Assembly (NCBI GenBank): GCA_001643675.2
Contig: LSRY02000025.1
Span: 1,054,001-1,118,000 of the forward strand
Reading direction: 5' to 3'
DNA length: 64,000 nucleotides
Source: Monocercomonoides exilis PA203
Taxonomy: Eukaryota; Protista; Preaxostyla
The position numbers were made by a program, and so were the translations under genes. This document shows positions 19,889 through 34,465 of this stretch, one piece after another. How positions within the stretch are numbered: position 1 is the first letter of the stretch; the number at the start of each line of letters is the position of its first letter. The notes below the pieces were generated by a model, which made no database searches, had not been told where the DNA came from, and saw nothing but the letters and a program-made list of their open reading frames with translations.

Positions 19889-22800
19889 TCACAACTTCAC
19901 AGAAGACGAGAAAACAGGCGGCGGAGGCGGAGGAGGAGATGTCTTTGTTGGCACAGATGGAGTGGAAGCAGGAGGGATTGGGAGAAGAAGAGAGGAGAAG
20001 TTGTTGGATGAGAATGTTGTGGCAGCAGAGGAAGGAGAGGAGAAGGCAGAAGAAGAAGAAGAAGGAGAGGAGGAGGAGGAGGAGGAAGAAGGAGAAGGAG
20101 AAGAAGAAGAAGACGATGACGATGATGAAGAGTCATAAGAAGATAGTGCGCCAGAAGGAAATGGGGGAGGAGAAGACAAAGAAGGTGAATGAGAAGGACG
20201 AGAAGAGCGAGAAGGTGAATTCACAGGTGTAGTGTGATTGGACGAGGCAGATGATAATGTGGCAGAAGTGGCAGTGGAAGAGCGGTTGTGGAAGACAACA
20301 TTTCGAAGTGTTGATTTTGGCTTGGCGCAGACAAAAGAATTGTTTGGTGGAGTTGTTGAGCCAACAGGAGTGGCAGAGAGAGAAGAAGCAGAAAGAAGAG
20401 GAGAAGAGACGGGAGTGGCTGAGATGGTGGTTGATGAAGAAGAGTCAGATGGAGTTATGACATTGACTTGTGATGAGGAAGAGGAAGAGGAGATTGTTGA
20501 TGAAGAATCTGTTGCGGTTGAAGATGAGTCTGTTGAAGATGTTGCTGATGATTCCACAGTCGTTTGTGTTTCTTGTGTCACAGACAGAGATTGATTTGTG
20601 TCGGTCAATGAAGAAGTGGATGAAGATTCCTGTGAAGTGGACGAGTCTTGTGGCTGCGATGGAGAAGAGGCAGAAGAAGTGGAGGGAGAAAGCGATGGAG
20701 ATGAGGAAGGAGTTGATTGCGCAGCCACTTCGATAGGCGCAGTCTCTGATGACGTGTTACACGGCAGAGAATGCGGCTGAGGGGAAGAGGATGAGGAAGA
20801 AGAAGAAGGGGAAGAAGCTGAAGAAGCTGAAGAAGATGAGGAGGAGGAAGAAGAAGGAGATGATGAAAAAGATGAAGGACAACAAGAAGAAGATGCGAAT
20901 TGTATGTCATTTGCAGCAGCGTCAGGGAAGAGGGGAGGAGGTGGAACAGGAAGCCCCACAAAGACAGGCTCGTCGAAGGCGCTGCATCTTCTCTCTGTTT
21001 TGCCCTCGTTGTCGCTGCTGCTTCTGCTGAATGAGGCACACCCGCTGGAAGGAGTCGAAGAACATTGCATTCCTCCAGCCAGCTCTGCCTCTCCTTTTCT
21101 CTCTTCGCCTTCCTTTGCTGTGTCCTCGTCTTCATCTTCGTCGTCGTCGTCGTCTTCTTCTTGGAGCTGGATCTTTTCTGCCTTCATTGTCTGGATGGCC
21201 TCCTGCACTTTCGACATTGCCTCGCTCTTCTTCTGCTTCTCCCACTCCTCCACATCTTCTGTGTCTTCCACTTTCTCTGTGAAATAGAGCGAAAAGGAGA
21301 AGGTGTCTGAGAAGTGCTTGTGCTTCTTGTCGCTGATGGCTTTGTCTGTGTCTTCCACACCAAAGACAAGCGGGTTGGAGGTGACGAAGTGGGTGTTGAA
21401 CCACACTTGGAACAGTTGCTGTTATGTTGATGATGGAATGGATCGAGAAGGGAATGAATATGAATGTAATGATATATCAGATAAAATAACATAAAAAGAA
21501 ATATATATGCATAATTAAATGAAATGAATATAGTCAAAATGAAAGATATTTTGATGAATAACCTTCTTCTTTTCCATGAATCTGACACAGACATCGCCGT
21601 CAATCAGCACAGATGGCAGAAGGTACTCACAATGTGCCATTCCCATTGGATATCGTGGAAGCTCTTTGACATTCGATTCCAAGTCATACAGAACTTTTGT
21701 GTGGTTCCTGACGATGATATTTGCCTCTGTGAATTAAAAAAAAAAAGTTTTTGATGTTGGGACAATGAATATTTAGAAGAAGAAATGTCAAATAGAAATT
21801 GTGGGGAAATAAAATCAAGTTAATTATATTTCAAATAAATACAAACAAATTTTATATAAAAAAAGAAAGAAAGAAAAAGCATACGCATTCCCTTCCCATT
21901 CCAATCTGGAACATCCGAGACGACAATTTTACTCAAATGGAGCGTTTGATTGAGCTTGACTGTCAGAGGACGAGAAAGCCATCTGTCATAATAAGAAATA
22001 TATCTGCATACAGAAAATAGGATGGTCGATGAGTAATAATAATATAAAATAAATAAGCACAGAGATGTATTGCAAAATGATGAATATTGAAGATTTTATT
22101 AAAAAAAACTGACAAACCTTCTTTGGCATGGGATTGTAACACCTTTATGATTATGTGTTCTATTCAATCCATAAAACATCATGGACTCTTCGGCAGACGG
22201 GCACGTGTGCAAATACAAAAGCAAGCAACATATCATCAATCCTGTACGTCCCTATAAATTTTATATTTATGTGTTAATAATGTAAAAGATTATCATTTTT
22301 CTTCAAAATAAAGTTAAGATCGTTCAAACCTTCCCTGCTTTGCAATGCACAACACATACGTTATCTGGATGAGAGTCCATCCATTCTTTCTGTTACAAAT
22401 TAATAAATTTTATGATTGAAATCAAAAATAAAACTCAAACGCAATCTTTGCAAAATTCATCTATTATTTCAAAAGGAGGAGCATTATGATCAGGAAATTG
22501 ATAACAACCAACTCTCCCATCAAAGTTAGCGTGATCATACTGCCTGTCTGGCTCGCAACATCTTTATTTACAAAAATAAAAAAGTTATGAAATAACTATT
22601 GTGATAAATGCAATGGAGGCAAACAAATTGTAAACGCGGTAATGATCCTTATGGTGATGATTTAGAAACTTCTTAACGTCAGCCATAGAATTGCGGTAAA
22701 GTGATTCAAAACTTTCCGAAGGATAACCCATGGCAATTATACTTTAATAACAAATTTAAAAAACATCATTTGACTGTTCAAACAAAGAAATAACATACCT

Positions 22801-22962
22801 TGGAGTAATATCTAAATGTAATTAAAAAATAGTAATAATTGTGATTCAAAAAATAAAGTAAATGAAAAATCAAGCAATACATGTTAAGTCAAGATCCACT
22901 CCAAGTTCCTTGTCTTCAAAGCGCCTTTTTTTCAAAGATACCAACTTTCGTAAAAAATCCAT
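19889..22962 (-). CDS. PTEN: PTEN-like phosphoinositide 3-phosphatase with C2 domain and Ser-rich tail
   Basis: Spliced minus-strand exons give LRKLVSLKKRRF, DLDLTYITP, IIAMGYPS, YRN, FPDHNAP, HCKAGKGRTG, GVTIPCQRR and the C2 motif WFNTHFV. About 10 short introns; the large last exon ends at 19889. Confidence 0.95.
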
Positions 22963-23789
22963 TCAATAATGGACAATTGAATCTTTTTTGATAAATGTTG
23001 ATTCAATAAACAAAATCGACAAAAAACAAATAAATTACTATGGACACTGATCAAATCAAAAATCAAGACAAACAACTATTAACCGAATGTTCAGAATTTT
23101 AATTAATTCTAAAAGTTATAAATGCATCATGCTATCTGATTTTGGTGATTATTTTTTTTAAGCACATCGTTTTCGATTTTAAGAGCAAACATGTTTCAAA
23201 CGAAGATTTTGAGGGAAATGAATCATTTAATGCGAATGCTATGTACATTAAAATTCTACTTATTATATTATAGCTATGCGCTTGCACTCTATACTTCAAA
23301 AAACAAATCTACTCAAATAATTAAGTATCTTTATATAATTATTGAAAAATTTGAAAAAGAAGAAAGTTTCTTTTGAGATTTTAGCTTCAATTATATTAAT
23401 ATTAGCAACTAATAGAGGTTGATATATTTTCATTTTCAAAAATGAATGTTTTCGTATTTCATTTGAATATTCTCAGTTTTAAGTAAAATACTTTCGTTTA
23501 TTTGAATAAGCCTAAAACCTGGATAGAATACAGATCATCATTTTATTGATGTAGAAAAAGAATCTTTTCCATTTTTATTCTGCATTCATAGTTTTTTTGT
23601 TGATAAAAAAACCATTCAAAAAAATAACGGGAGTAATTTCACATATTCATTATGATTTCTGAACGGACAAGATCACTTTTGTTTCCAGCACATGAAAGAC
23701 ATTTCTGTTTCAAACAGTCTATTCAAAATTCGAAAACATGTATTACGGGTTGATCTAGCAAATATTTCTTGTGAGACCTGCATTCAAAT

Positions 23790-25768
23790 ATGCCACCGAA
23801 AGTTCATTCAAGCGGAAAGATTCATGAAACCCCAAAGCCAGGATCCCCAAAGCATAGACACCATGCACATCAGGTTAATAAATGCTTAACTATTTAATAT
23901 ATTTAAAATCGAGGATATTATGCGGAATTATTTCGTGCAATTGACATATGTTTAAAAATTTTAGTATGAAGCGGAACGAACTGTGACTGAAGTTCAAGAA
24001 TCTTTGGGTTATCAACCTGTTGGGTCAATAGTATCGCAAGTTGGCAACGAGACGTCTAAGATTGTATGATCTTGTTAAACATGAAGAATTTTATTGATCC
24101 TCAATTGGTATATTTGCTGGAATATCTTTTTAAATTTAGGGAATTGCGGTACATAAAGGATTACAGTCATCTTCTCAGGGAAATGCATATCTTTCAGATG
24201 GTGGGGAGTCGTTGTCGCGCAGACATATGTTCAACTCTCAGCTAAGTAGCGTTGGAGCAAATAATGCAATAAATTCTCCGCCGCCTGGCATTTTCCCTCA
24301 GATTTTGGACATCACTTCACCTGAATACACGTCATCTCTTTCCGAGCATTTTCAAACGGACATTTCTTTCGATTCTTTATCTCAAACGGATCTTCAAGCA
24401 CTTTCACCTCCCATATCTCAGGCATCACAATTTGCACCTCGTGAAATGACTCAATTTCCTCCATTTATTATGTTTTCCTCGAATGAAGGAAAGGATCCAT
24501 CTCTTGGCACTTCAATATCTTTACCATCCACTTCATCGTCCGCAAAAAGCTCGGGATACCCATCATTTCCTGAATTTGACCAAAACCCATATCACATATA
24601 TGCTTCTCCGAACAGCACGCAAGGACGGGAATCTGCGTTTCCATCGCTCTATTTCTCCACTTCAAATGATGAAATAGACAGGATCCAGAAAGACATATCT
24701 CAGCGTGCTCAGAAAGAGCAAGAGAGAAGAGATGATTCAGAGTGGTGCACGTCATTTGGAGAATATTCATTTGACAACTCTCCTACTTCATCTTCTGCTA
24801 CATTTCCACCCATCACCACATCCTCACAGGCTAATGCATCAGCATCTTCATCATTGGCATCTCCTTTATCTGCCTCATCATCATCTTCTTCTTCTTCGAA
24901 TTCGTCATCGTCGTCGTCATCATCATTATCTTCCTCGTCTTCATCTTCTATTCCAGCTCCTTCAACAACACCCAGCAACACTTCACTCACACTCACTGGG
25001 GAGTTTGGCGATGGGACTAATTCATTTCTGTCATCTTCATTCATCTCTCCTCACCAGACGCCAATTTATCTGCCTTATTTTACTTCACCTGACTACCCAG
25101 GCTTCCTGACAGGGCATGTCATGCCATCATCCACACACACAACAGCTGGACAGTCAAGTGAATATCCTCATTCATCGATTCTGTCTGATCTCGATTCATT
25201 GAAGTCAAATGATGTATCTACTGGCTCTTCTTCCTCATCCTCCTCATCTTCTTCTTCTTCTGCATCTTCTTCCTCTTCCTCTTCCTCTTCTTCAGCATCA
25301 TCCTCATCGTCATCTTCTTCTTCTATCTCATCTGCCTCTCCTTCCTCTTCCTCTGCTGCCTCTCGTATGCTGATGATGCTTGCCCCTGGCCTGTCTAACA
25401 CTTCACCTGCCTTGTTCCCCATCTCTCCCTCTTCTTCTCTCTCCCCCACACTTCACTCCTCTCTCCTCTCTCCTCCGCCATCAGCCAACCTCTTCTCCTT
25501 CTCTTCCTCTCCTGACACATCCCCTTCCTCTCATCCTTATCTGAACCCTCCTCTTTCCTCTCAGTCTCCTTCTTCCTCTTCTGCTTCTCTGAATTCTCTC
25601 ACCAATCGTGTGCTCTCTTATCACATGGCTGGCTCCTCCTTCTTGTCTCCTCCTGACTCTTATCCCATCTCTTCTCCTCCTTCCTCATTCATCTTCCCTA
25701 CCTCTGGATCTTTAATATCCCCTTTTAATTCGCCTTCTAATATAACTGCACAACCTTCTTCTTCTCAA

Positions 25769-25800
<32 letters not shown>

Positions 25801-28800
25801 TTCCTCTTCCTCCTCCTCCTCCTCCTCATCGTCATCAACATCTACTCCTTCTTCTTCCACTGCCCTTGTCTCTTCCTCTTCCATCCCTTCTCTTGCCAGT
25901 CTCTCTTCCCTCTCCTCTCCAATGCAGATACCTTCCTCCAACTACCATCAGAACATCATCCTCCACCCTCGCCCTTCTCCTTCCTCTTCTTCTTCTCTCT
26001 CTGCGCTGGCTGATGAGCTGTCTCCTCCGCACAGCCTCATCTCTTCTCCTTCTTCTGCCTCTGCCAGCATCCTCTTCCCGTCCTGCTCCATCCACTCATA
26101 CCCATCTCAGATGTACTCATCTCGTGCATTTGCTACTACTCCTAATTCTTCTTCTTCCTCCTCCTCCTCCTCTTCTTCTTCTTCTTCTATTATGTCCTTG
26201 TCACCATTCACATCACCTGCACACCTCACAAGCTATTCGCCTTCAAATACACCTTCTCCCACTTCTAGTTCCTCTTTATCATTATCATCATCTTCTTCCT
26301 CCTCTTCCTCTTCCTCTTCTTCTTCTTCCAATTCTCTTCTTCCTCTATCTCTTTCTCCCTCTCAGTCATCTTCACTCAATCCATCCACAAGATATCCATC
26401 ATCATCATCATCTTCTTCTTCATTAGATATTCCCACATCCACTCCTCCCTCTGTTCGCCATGTCATCTCTGCCGCTTCTGCTGCTCTGCCTCAAACACAA
26501 CCATCTTCTTCATTGTCATCATCATCATCTTCTTCTTCCTCTTCTGATATATCCAAATCTTCTTTATCTTCTTCTTCCTCTGAGTTATCATCCTCTGCCC
26601 ATATAGATGCATCTCTGATGTCAAATTCTTCGTCTCATTCATCATCCAATTCAACAACAGCAACATCATCTGCATCATCATCTGCATCATCAGCACATGC
26701 CGATAATCTCTTTCCTGCACTCACTTCTACTCCTTCTTCTCTTCGTCGTGGGTTAGCTGCAAGTTCATCATCAACTTCTTCTTCTTCTTCTTCCACCTCC
26801 TCCTCTTCTTCCTCTGATATCGAAGCAAGAATGTCACAGAGAGAGAAAGAGATGATGGATAAGCATGTTGTTGAGGAGGCTAAAGAGAAAGAGAAAGAGA
26901 AAGAATCACAAAAGAAGAAGAGTGAAATGCAGAAGGAGATGGTTGGAGATAAAGATGGCTCATCAAATAAAGAGAAGGCATCAGGAAAAGACAAAGAGAG
27001 AGAGAAAGAGAAAGAGAAAGAAAAGAAGGAGAAAGAGAAAGAGAAAGAAGTGACGAAGAAGAAAGAGATGAGCAGAGAGAAGGAGATAGAGCTAGCAATC
27101 AAAGAAGGGAATGTGAAATATCTGCCGGCAGATGTTGATTTAACGCAGCTCAGCAAGACACAAAGGAAGAAGCTGGAGAAGAATGCCCGATTGAAGGCAA
27201 AAGAGGAGGCATTGAACATCAGCAACCAGAAGGAGAAGGAAGAGAAGGAGAGAGAGAAAGAAAGAGAGAAAGAAAGAGAGAAAGAGAAGGAAAGAGAAAG
27301 AGAGAGAGAAAGAGAAAAGGAAAGGGAAAAATCAAAACAGAAAGAAAAACCACAAAGCAATGAACAGAAAGATAATCAATCAGCCACATCTCAGAAAAAG
27401 CTATCCAAAGGGAAACAACACATTGACATCACAGACAGTATCCAATCACCAGTTATGGTCACACCTCATTCATCATCATCGTCTTCTTCTTCATCCATTA
27501 GCAGATCTCTCATTGGAGACAATGCAAAACCACTTCTGACAGCAGAGTCAGCATTTGCAGTGTCTTCACAGAGCAATCAGCATCAGCAGCAGAACACAGC
27601 CCCCATCTTTGCCCAGTCGCCATCTCATGTGCGCTCGCATGTCTCTTCTCATGCTGCATACATGAGACAATCTGATTCTGCTTCAGATTATTTTTCTTCC
27701 TCTGCTTCTGATTCTGACTCATCTGCTGCTAATAACAGCAATGCATATTCCATCCCATTCAGTTCTGTTGGTTCTGTCAGTTCAATAGGATCATCCAACA
27801 CAGCTATGCCCATTCTCTCCTCAGATGTTCCTTTCTCCTTCCCTTCGCTCACTGCCTCTGCTGCTGCTGCTGCCTCACTCACAGCCAAGCTGCCCTCTGA
27901 TGTGGAGAGGCGCATTCCACCCAATCCTCTCTTGTCTGCTGCACTGTCTGCACAGGAACAGAGGGAGATGATGCAGAGGAGGAGGAGAGGGAATGGAGGA
28001 GGGAATATTATTAATGGAAGTAGCAATGGTGGTAGCAATAGGAGTAATAGCAGGAATGGAGGGGATTCTGATGAAGAGTACATGAATGATGGACTGTTGC
28101 AGGTGGAAGAGCAGAGGATAGGGTTGATGGAGAGGATGGAGAGGATGGGAGAAGGAGAAAGGAATATGATGCAATGGAATAGAGTGCAGAGCTATGCAGA
28201 AGAGAATGATAATGGCAGAGGTGTTGAGATGGGAAAGAGGTATTATTCAGTTCGAATGGGAGAGAGAAATGAAGAAGAAGAGGAGGAAGAAGATGTTGAA
28301 GAGGATGTGGTGGAAGAAGGGGCAGAGGCAGAGAATGTTCGATTTGGAGAGGAAGGACATAAGATGAGAGGAGGACATGAAGGAGAAGATGGCAGAATGG
28401 AAGATGTGTCAGGTGAAGAAGGAGACAGAAGTGAAAGCTGCTCAGCAGAAGAAGCAGAAAATGGAGTTGAAGAGGAGGATGAAGACGAAGAATTGGAAGA
28501 AGAAGAAGATGATGATGATGATGATGATGTGGAAGGAGAAGATGAAGAAGAGGAAATGATGAGTGGATATGAGATGGGCAGAGAGAAGAACCAAGTGTCT
28601 GATCCATCACTTATGCTTCATACTTCTTCATATGACACAATGAATGACTATGGTGATGGCAGTTACGATGGCAATGGTTCTCTTTCTGCTTCTGCCTCTT
28701 CCTCTTCCTCTTCCTCTGTCTCTTCTGTCTCTTCCACAGAAGATCCAGCTGTTGCCATCCACTCCATCCTCTCCTCTCTCATCTCTTCTCTTTCTGTGCC

Positions 28801-31800
28801 TTCTGCCCAGCGCTCAGCCAGCCAGCTGTCTTCTTTCCTTTCTCCTTCAGCTGCTTCTGACGCTGCCCAGCAATCGCTCCTCTCTTCAGCCTCTTCTCTT
28901 TCTTCTGTGTCTTCTCCTCTGTCCTCTTCTGTTTCTTCCTCTTCTTTGTCTTCCTCTCCATTAGACCTCAATTCATTGTCCAACCCTTCCTCTGCTGCTG
29001 CTGCCACTGCCTTCTTCCCCAGTTCTGCCTCTCCTCTCCTTCCATCTGACCTTCTTCATTCACTCGACAGCAACCATCTCCACTTGGATTTAGACCACTC
29101 TCTCATCGAGAACATCCTCAAACTCACCAGCCAGTCATCTGCTGCTGCGGCTGCTGCTGCCATTTCTTATGCCTCGCTGTCATCGAATGCTGTTGGTACT
29201 TCTTCTTCTGATATTTCTTCTTCATCATCTTCATCATCTTCATCATCATCATCTTCTTCTTCTACTTCACCCAGTGTTCAGCAAGCCATTCAGCAGCATC
29301 AGTATCAGCAGTCTCCTGTCATCTACTCATCACAATCTGTCCCCACACCCACAATCACCCCTCCTCCTCCCACAATCAAACAGAACCCATCTAATTCTGC
29401 TCTATCATCTATTTCATCATCAATTTCATCATCATCATCTTCTTCTTCTTCTCTTAATGAACAGCCAGCCGTCATCATCAGCCAGCCACCAAAACCCAAC
29501 CAGCAGCCTCTCTTTGCACATCATCCACCTCTCCTCCAGCTGCCCCACACTCTCATCCAGCAGAAACAAGAGCCCTTATTCTCTCAGCCTCCTTCTGCCT
29601 CTTCCTCTACTGGTTCTACTCTTTCACCTTCCATTTCGTATTTCGCTCCTTCGCTGGCTTCTTCCCCGTCTCCTGTACCTTCTCCTTCTGGAACAAATTC
29701 ATCATCATCATCATCATCATCATCATCTGCTTCTTCTTCCTCCTCTTCCTCCTCCTTCTCCTCCCAGCCCACCACTCCTTCCTCACACACCACTCTTCCT
29801 CTTCTGTCTGCCCCTACTCAGAGAACAGTCCATTTCTCTCTCCATCCAACACACCCTTCTTATTCACTCACCACCCCCACGACTTCATCCCATTCGAATG
29901 CTACCACTCCTTCTGTCTCTTCTTCTTCCTCTTCCTCATCATCATCTTCTTCTTCTTCCTCTGTTACTCCTCCTCAATCCCCCAAACTAAACTCCTCATC
30001 CTATTCATCTTCTTCCTCTTCTTCCTCAACTTCTCCTCTCTTCTCCACCTCCACTCCATCCATGTCCTCTTCCTCCTCCTCCTCTTCTTCTTCTTCTTCT
30101 TCCTCTTCTTCTGCCTCTCTCCTTCCCAATCCTGCTCCTCCTCCACGTGTCTCTGGAAGAGTGCTTCAGCCTCGTCATTCACCCCAGCTGCCTCTTCCTC
30201 TCCCTCTCCCTCTTCCTTCCTCTTCTCCAACTACTTCTCCTTCTGTTGGCTATGGCTCTTCTGCTCTGACTTCATATGCTGGTCAGTCTGCTTCATCATC
30301 ATCATCATCTTCTTCTTCTTCTTCTTCTGGTTCTTTAAATTCTTCTTCGAATATCTCATCTTCCTCTTCATCATCTTCATCTTCCTCTTCTTCCTCTTCA
30401 TCGACTGTTATTTCACACAGAACACAACTGTCTCCTCTGTTTGAACATCCACCCCCACTCATTGGAGGAGCCTTATTCCCATCACAAAACTCATCTTTCT
30501 CTTCATCCTCTTCTTCTTCATATCCTTCTTCATCTTCTCAATCATCATCTTCTTCTTCCTCTTCTTCTTCTTCTTCTTCCTCCATCACAACCACCACACC
30601 CATCCTTGGCAATACAAGCAATGGATCCATCCAACTTCCATTGTATCCTTCTTCTGAGAGTGCAAATACATCAGCTGCTCCTTCACTGATATCTTTAGGC
30701 TCATTTCCTGCCCTTCCTTCTTCTTCCTCCTCCTCCTCCTCTTCTTCTTCTTCTTCTTCTCATCAGAAACATTCATCATCATCATCTTCTTCTTCTTCTG
30801 GTTCATCCTCCTCCTCCTCCTCCTCTTCTGCCTCTTCCTCTCATTCCTCATCTAATTCAGCTGGATCTTCTTCTCATCAGCCTTCAACAACAATCTCTTT
30901 GTTTTCATCATCATCCAACCATTCTGCTTCCAGAAAGGCTTCAAAAACACCTCCTCCTCAATCATCTTCCTCTTCTTCCTCTTCTCAAAGTTTGCTTTCT
31001 CCTTCCATTCTGTCATCAACTTCTTCTTCTTCTTCTGCCTCATCCTCATCATCTTCATCCTCCTCTTCCTCTTCTTTTGCTTCAAACACTCCACAAGCAT
31101 CCTCACGTCCATTGCTTCCTCTGCCATGCAGTCATTCAATCAGACAACCCTTCCCTCTCCTCTCTCTTTCTTCTTCTTCCTCTTCCTCTTCCTCTTCCTC
31201 TTCTAATTCATCTAACTCTTTCTCATCATCATCATCTTCTTCTTCTTCTTCTTCAATGACCAAATCACCACCAACAGAATCGCTCCACTATTCCTCCTCT
31301 CCTTCCTCTCCAACCTCTCCCTCTTCCTCTTCCTCCTCCTCTTCCTCTCCTTCCTCTTCTGTTCTCTCCTCTCTCTCTTCTCATACTTCTCACTCATCCC
31401 ATTCATCTCATACATCATCCACAGCCACCACTCCACCTGACTCATCTCCTGCTGTTGTCCATCCTTCCCTCAGACACTCTCTTCTGCCCACGCCTCCCTC
31501 ATACGCCAGCTTAGCCCACCTCCACCAGCGCATCCCTCTCCCTATGAACTCTTCTGCTTCTCCTGCTTCTTCTTCTGTTTCTTCTTCTTCTTCTTCTTCA
31601 AATACTTCTCCACCTTCTAATTCATCACCATCTGACTATTCTTCTTCTTCTTCTTCCTCTTCTTCTTCATTGCAGCAGAATGCCAATCACATAGCAAAAC
31701 GAGCACAATCTCCATCCTCATTCATATCTTCCACTGCTCCTCTTCTGCCATCTCCTCCACAATCTTCTATTTCTCCTCCTTCTATTTCTCTTCCTGCTTC

Positions 31801-32164
31801 ATCAACTTCATCCTCCTCCTCTTCTTCTTCCTCCTCCTCTTCCTCTTTGAATTCCAAAAGCAAGCTTGCTAATGCTTCTTTGATTAATCCATTGGGACCA
31901 ACTGGCCCATCACAATCATCATCATCTGCTTCTTCTTCCTCCTCCACTTCTTCTTCCTCTTCTTCCTCTTCCTCTTCCTCTTCTGTAAGTTCTGCTGATT
32001 CCAACAATCTTCAGATGATATCGTCATTAGCACTTTCATTGGCGATGTCATCAGTTGGAGAGGATGTGCCCAATGAAGGAGAGTCAAAGACATCGAGAAA
32101 GAAGAGATTGAAGATGGAGAGAGAGAAGGAGAAGGAGAAGGAGAAGGAAAGAGAAAAGGAAAAG

Positions 32165-32202
<38 letters not shown>

Positions 32203-33034
32203 GAAAGAGAAGGAAAAAGAGAAAAAGAAGGAGAAAGCGAAAGAAGACGATGAAGCAAAGGCACATGCAACCAAAGAGAAAGAGAAGGAGAAGGAGAATA
32301 CAAAGAAAGAGAAAGAATCACAAGTTGCAACACAGACAACTAAGAAATCTGGAAAGGACAAAGAAAGAGAAAGAGAAAGAGAAAGAGAAAGAGAGAAAGA
32401 AAAAGAAAAGGAAAAGCCCAAATCAAAGGAAGCATCAAGAACAGCACAGAATGTGACTACAGAAAGAAGTGAGAGAGCAGGACCATCAACAGAAGGGAAA
32501 GGGAAAGGGAAAGCGTCTCACTCACAACAGCAGACAGAGCAGAAAGAGGCAAAAGAGGCAAAAGAGACGAAAGCGACAAAGAAGAAGGCCAATGCAGAGG
32601 AAGCATCGAATGCTCTGCTGTCTGATATTCCCTGGGAGAAGAGTCTGGGAGAGATATACTCAGACGCCTCTCTTCTGCAGACACTCTCTTCTCAACAGCA
32701 ACAGCAGCAACAGCAACAACAACAACAACAACAACAAAAGCAGCAGAAGAAGAAGATCCCTTCATCTTCACAGAGCACATCCACTGCACCTGAATCTCTG
32801 GTCTCTTCTGCTTCGAATGCAGCTGGGCAGAATGAGAAGACAGCACAGCAGACTCATCAGACAGCAAAGGGAGCAGCAGCGTCGCTGTTGCCTCAGCAGA
32901 AGGAGAAAGGAGAAAAGAAAGAGGAGAAGAAGAAGGAGGCGAATGATGATGAAAAAGCGAAAAAAAAGAAGCCTGTGCCTTCAACGCCGAAGAAGCAAGC
33001 TGCCCAGAAGAAAGCAACTAAATCAAAGAAATAA
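23790..33034 (+). CDS. Giant (~3000 aa) low-complexity Ser/Pro and Glu/Lys/Arg-rich protein, no recognisable domain
   Basis: 8.8-kb stop-free frame. Proposed 5' exons 23790-23873 (MPPKVHSS...) and 23965-24063 splice in phase 0 to an exon starting at 24140. Confidence 0.75.
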
Positions 33035-33382
33035 GCATTTGAACGCTCCATTTCTTCAAATGCTTGTTTCTTTTATTTGTCTTTGAAATTTATTTTTTTA
33101 TGAATTTTTTTCGAGCTTATCACACTCAAATTAGCATCAAACATTTTTGTCCATGTAATTAAAAATTGAAATGTATTTGCATATAAAAAAGAGAACATCA
33201 TTGTTTTCTTCGTGTTAAGTGACGTTGTGGCTTTGTAGTATTTTTTTAAAAAAAAAATAAAAATGTGAAAGTTGCTTGGACACTGAATCAGGAAGAGTTT
33301 TAAACTTATTAAGGATAAGATCAAAGTTTGAATTATTAAACCGTCTTCTCTCTGCGTAGAAGGCGCAACACAATATTTATAG

Positions 33383-34465
33383 ATGGCAACCGCTGTAACA
33401 CCAACAGTTGCTTCTGCCAATGTTGAAAATGAGTCCTTATTTAAAACCCCAACGAGAACTCCGAGTAAAACACCGAATCAACCAATTCTGCCTTCTATAC
33501 TTCGAGATAACATAAGGTACATATCTCCTGAAACTGTATGATTCTATGTTTATGTTTTTTCTTTGAAATTATCTCATTCAAAAATGGCCCTTAACAGTTG
33601 ATAAGCGTGCTGTTGGGAGAGTACAGGCAATTTCCTCACTTAATTATAGACACTCGCTATCCTTTTGAATATAATCCTGGGCATTTGTATCACGCCATAA
33701 ATGTTTACACACTGGAACAGTTGCATACGTTGTTTTTTGATAACGTTTCCAGTCAAGGTTATCATTGTCTCTTAATTTTTCATTGCGAGCATTCAACGGA
33801 ACGAGGCCCAAATATGGCATCTTTTATGAAAGAAATTGATCGCAAGCTTAATGATTATCCTCTTTTATTTTATCCACAAGTTTATGTTCTTGAGGGGGGC
33901 TTTAGCACTTTCTTTGAGAAATATGGTTCAATTCCAGTATGATTGATTTCACGAAATTTTGTCTTTTATTTTAAGTGCGTTCTTTTAAAAGCAATTCTTT
34001 GAACCTGAACCTCAATATATATCAATGTTTCATCCTTTATATGTCGAACAAAGGCTGAAGTATGATGCGCTTCGTCCGCTTAAACAGCATAAGCACCAAA
34101 GGATTCTTTCAAAGATCAAAAAACACAAAAAGAAAGATTCTTTAAATGAAGACAGATTTCATCCATCAAACCAAAAAGCGCATCATGTTGTGCAGGCTTG
34201 CCAAGCTCAATGCACAACATCAACTCCAATTTTTGCATCTTTTCCAGCCTCTTCCTCTTTCTCATCCACATCAACCCCATATTCCTCTTTTACTCCATCT
34301 TATGTGTGTTCACTTCAGCAAACGCCGCCCACGCATGCTTCTTCATCTTCATCTTCTGATATCTCTTCTCCACCCTGTTCGTATGCAAATCAAGCATCAC
34401 CGTCTGCTTTTGCCACGCCTCATATTCCCGAAGAGCCTCTTTCAATTCCTGCGTCTGATATTTAG
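33383..34465 (+). CDS. CDC25: CDC25-like rhodanese-fold phosphatase
   Basis: YISPET|LISVLLGEY, IIDTRYPFEY..GH, active site IFHCEHSTERGP, YPQVYVLEGGF, then QFFEP..YISM. Introns ~33536-33597 and ~33938-33991. Confidence 0.92.
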
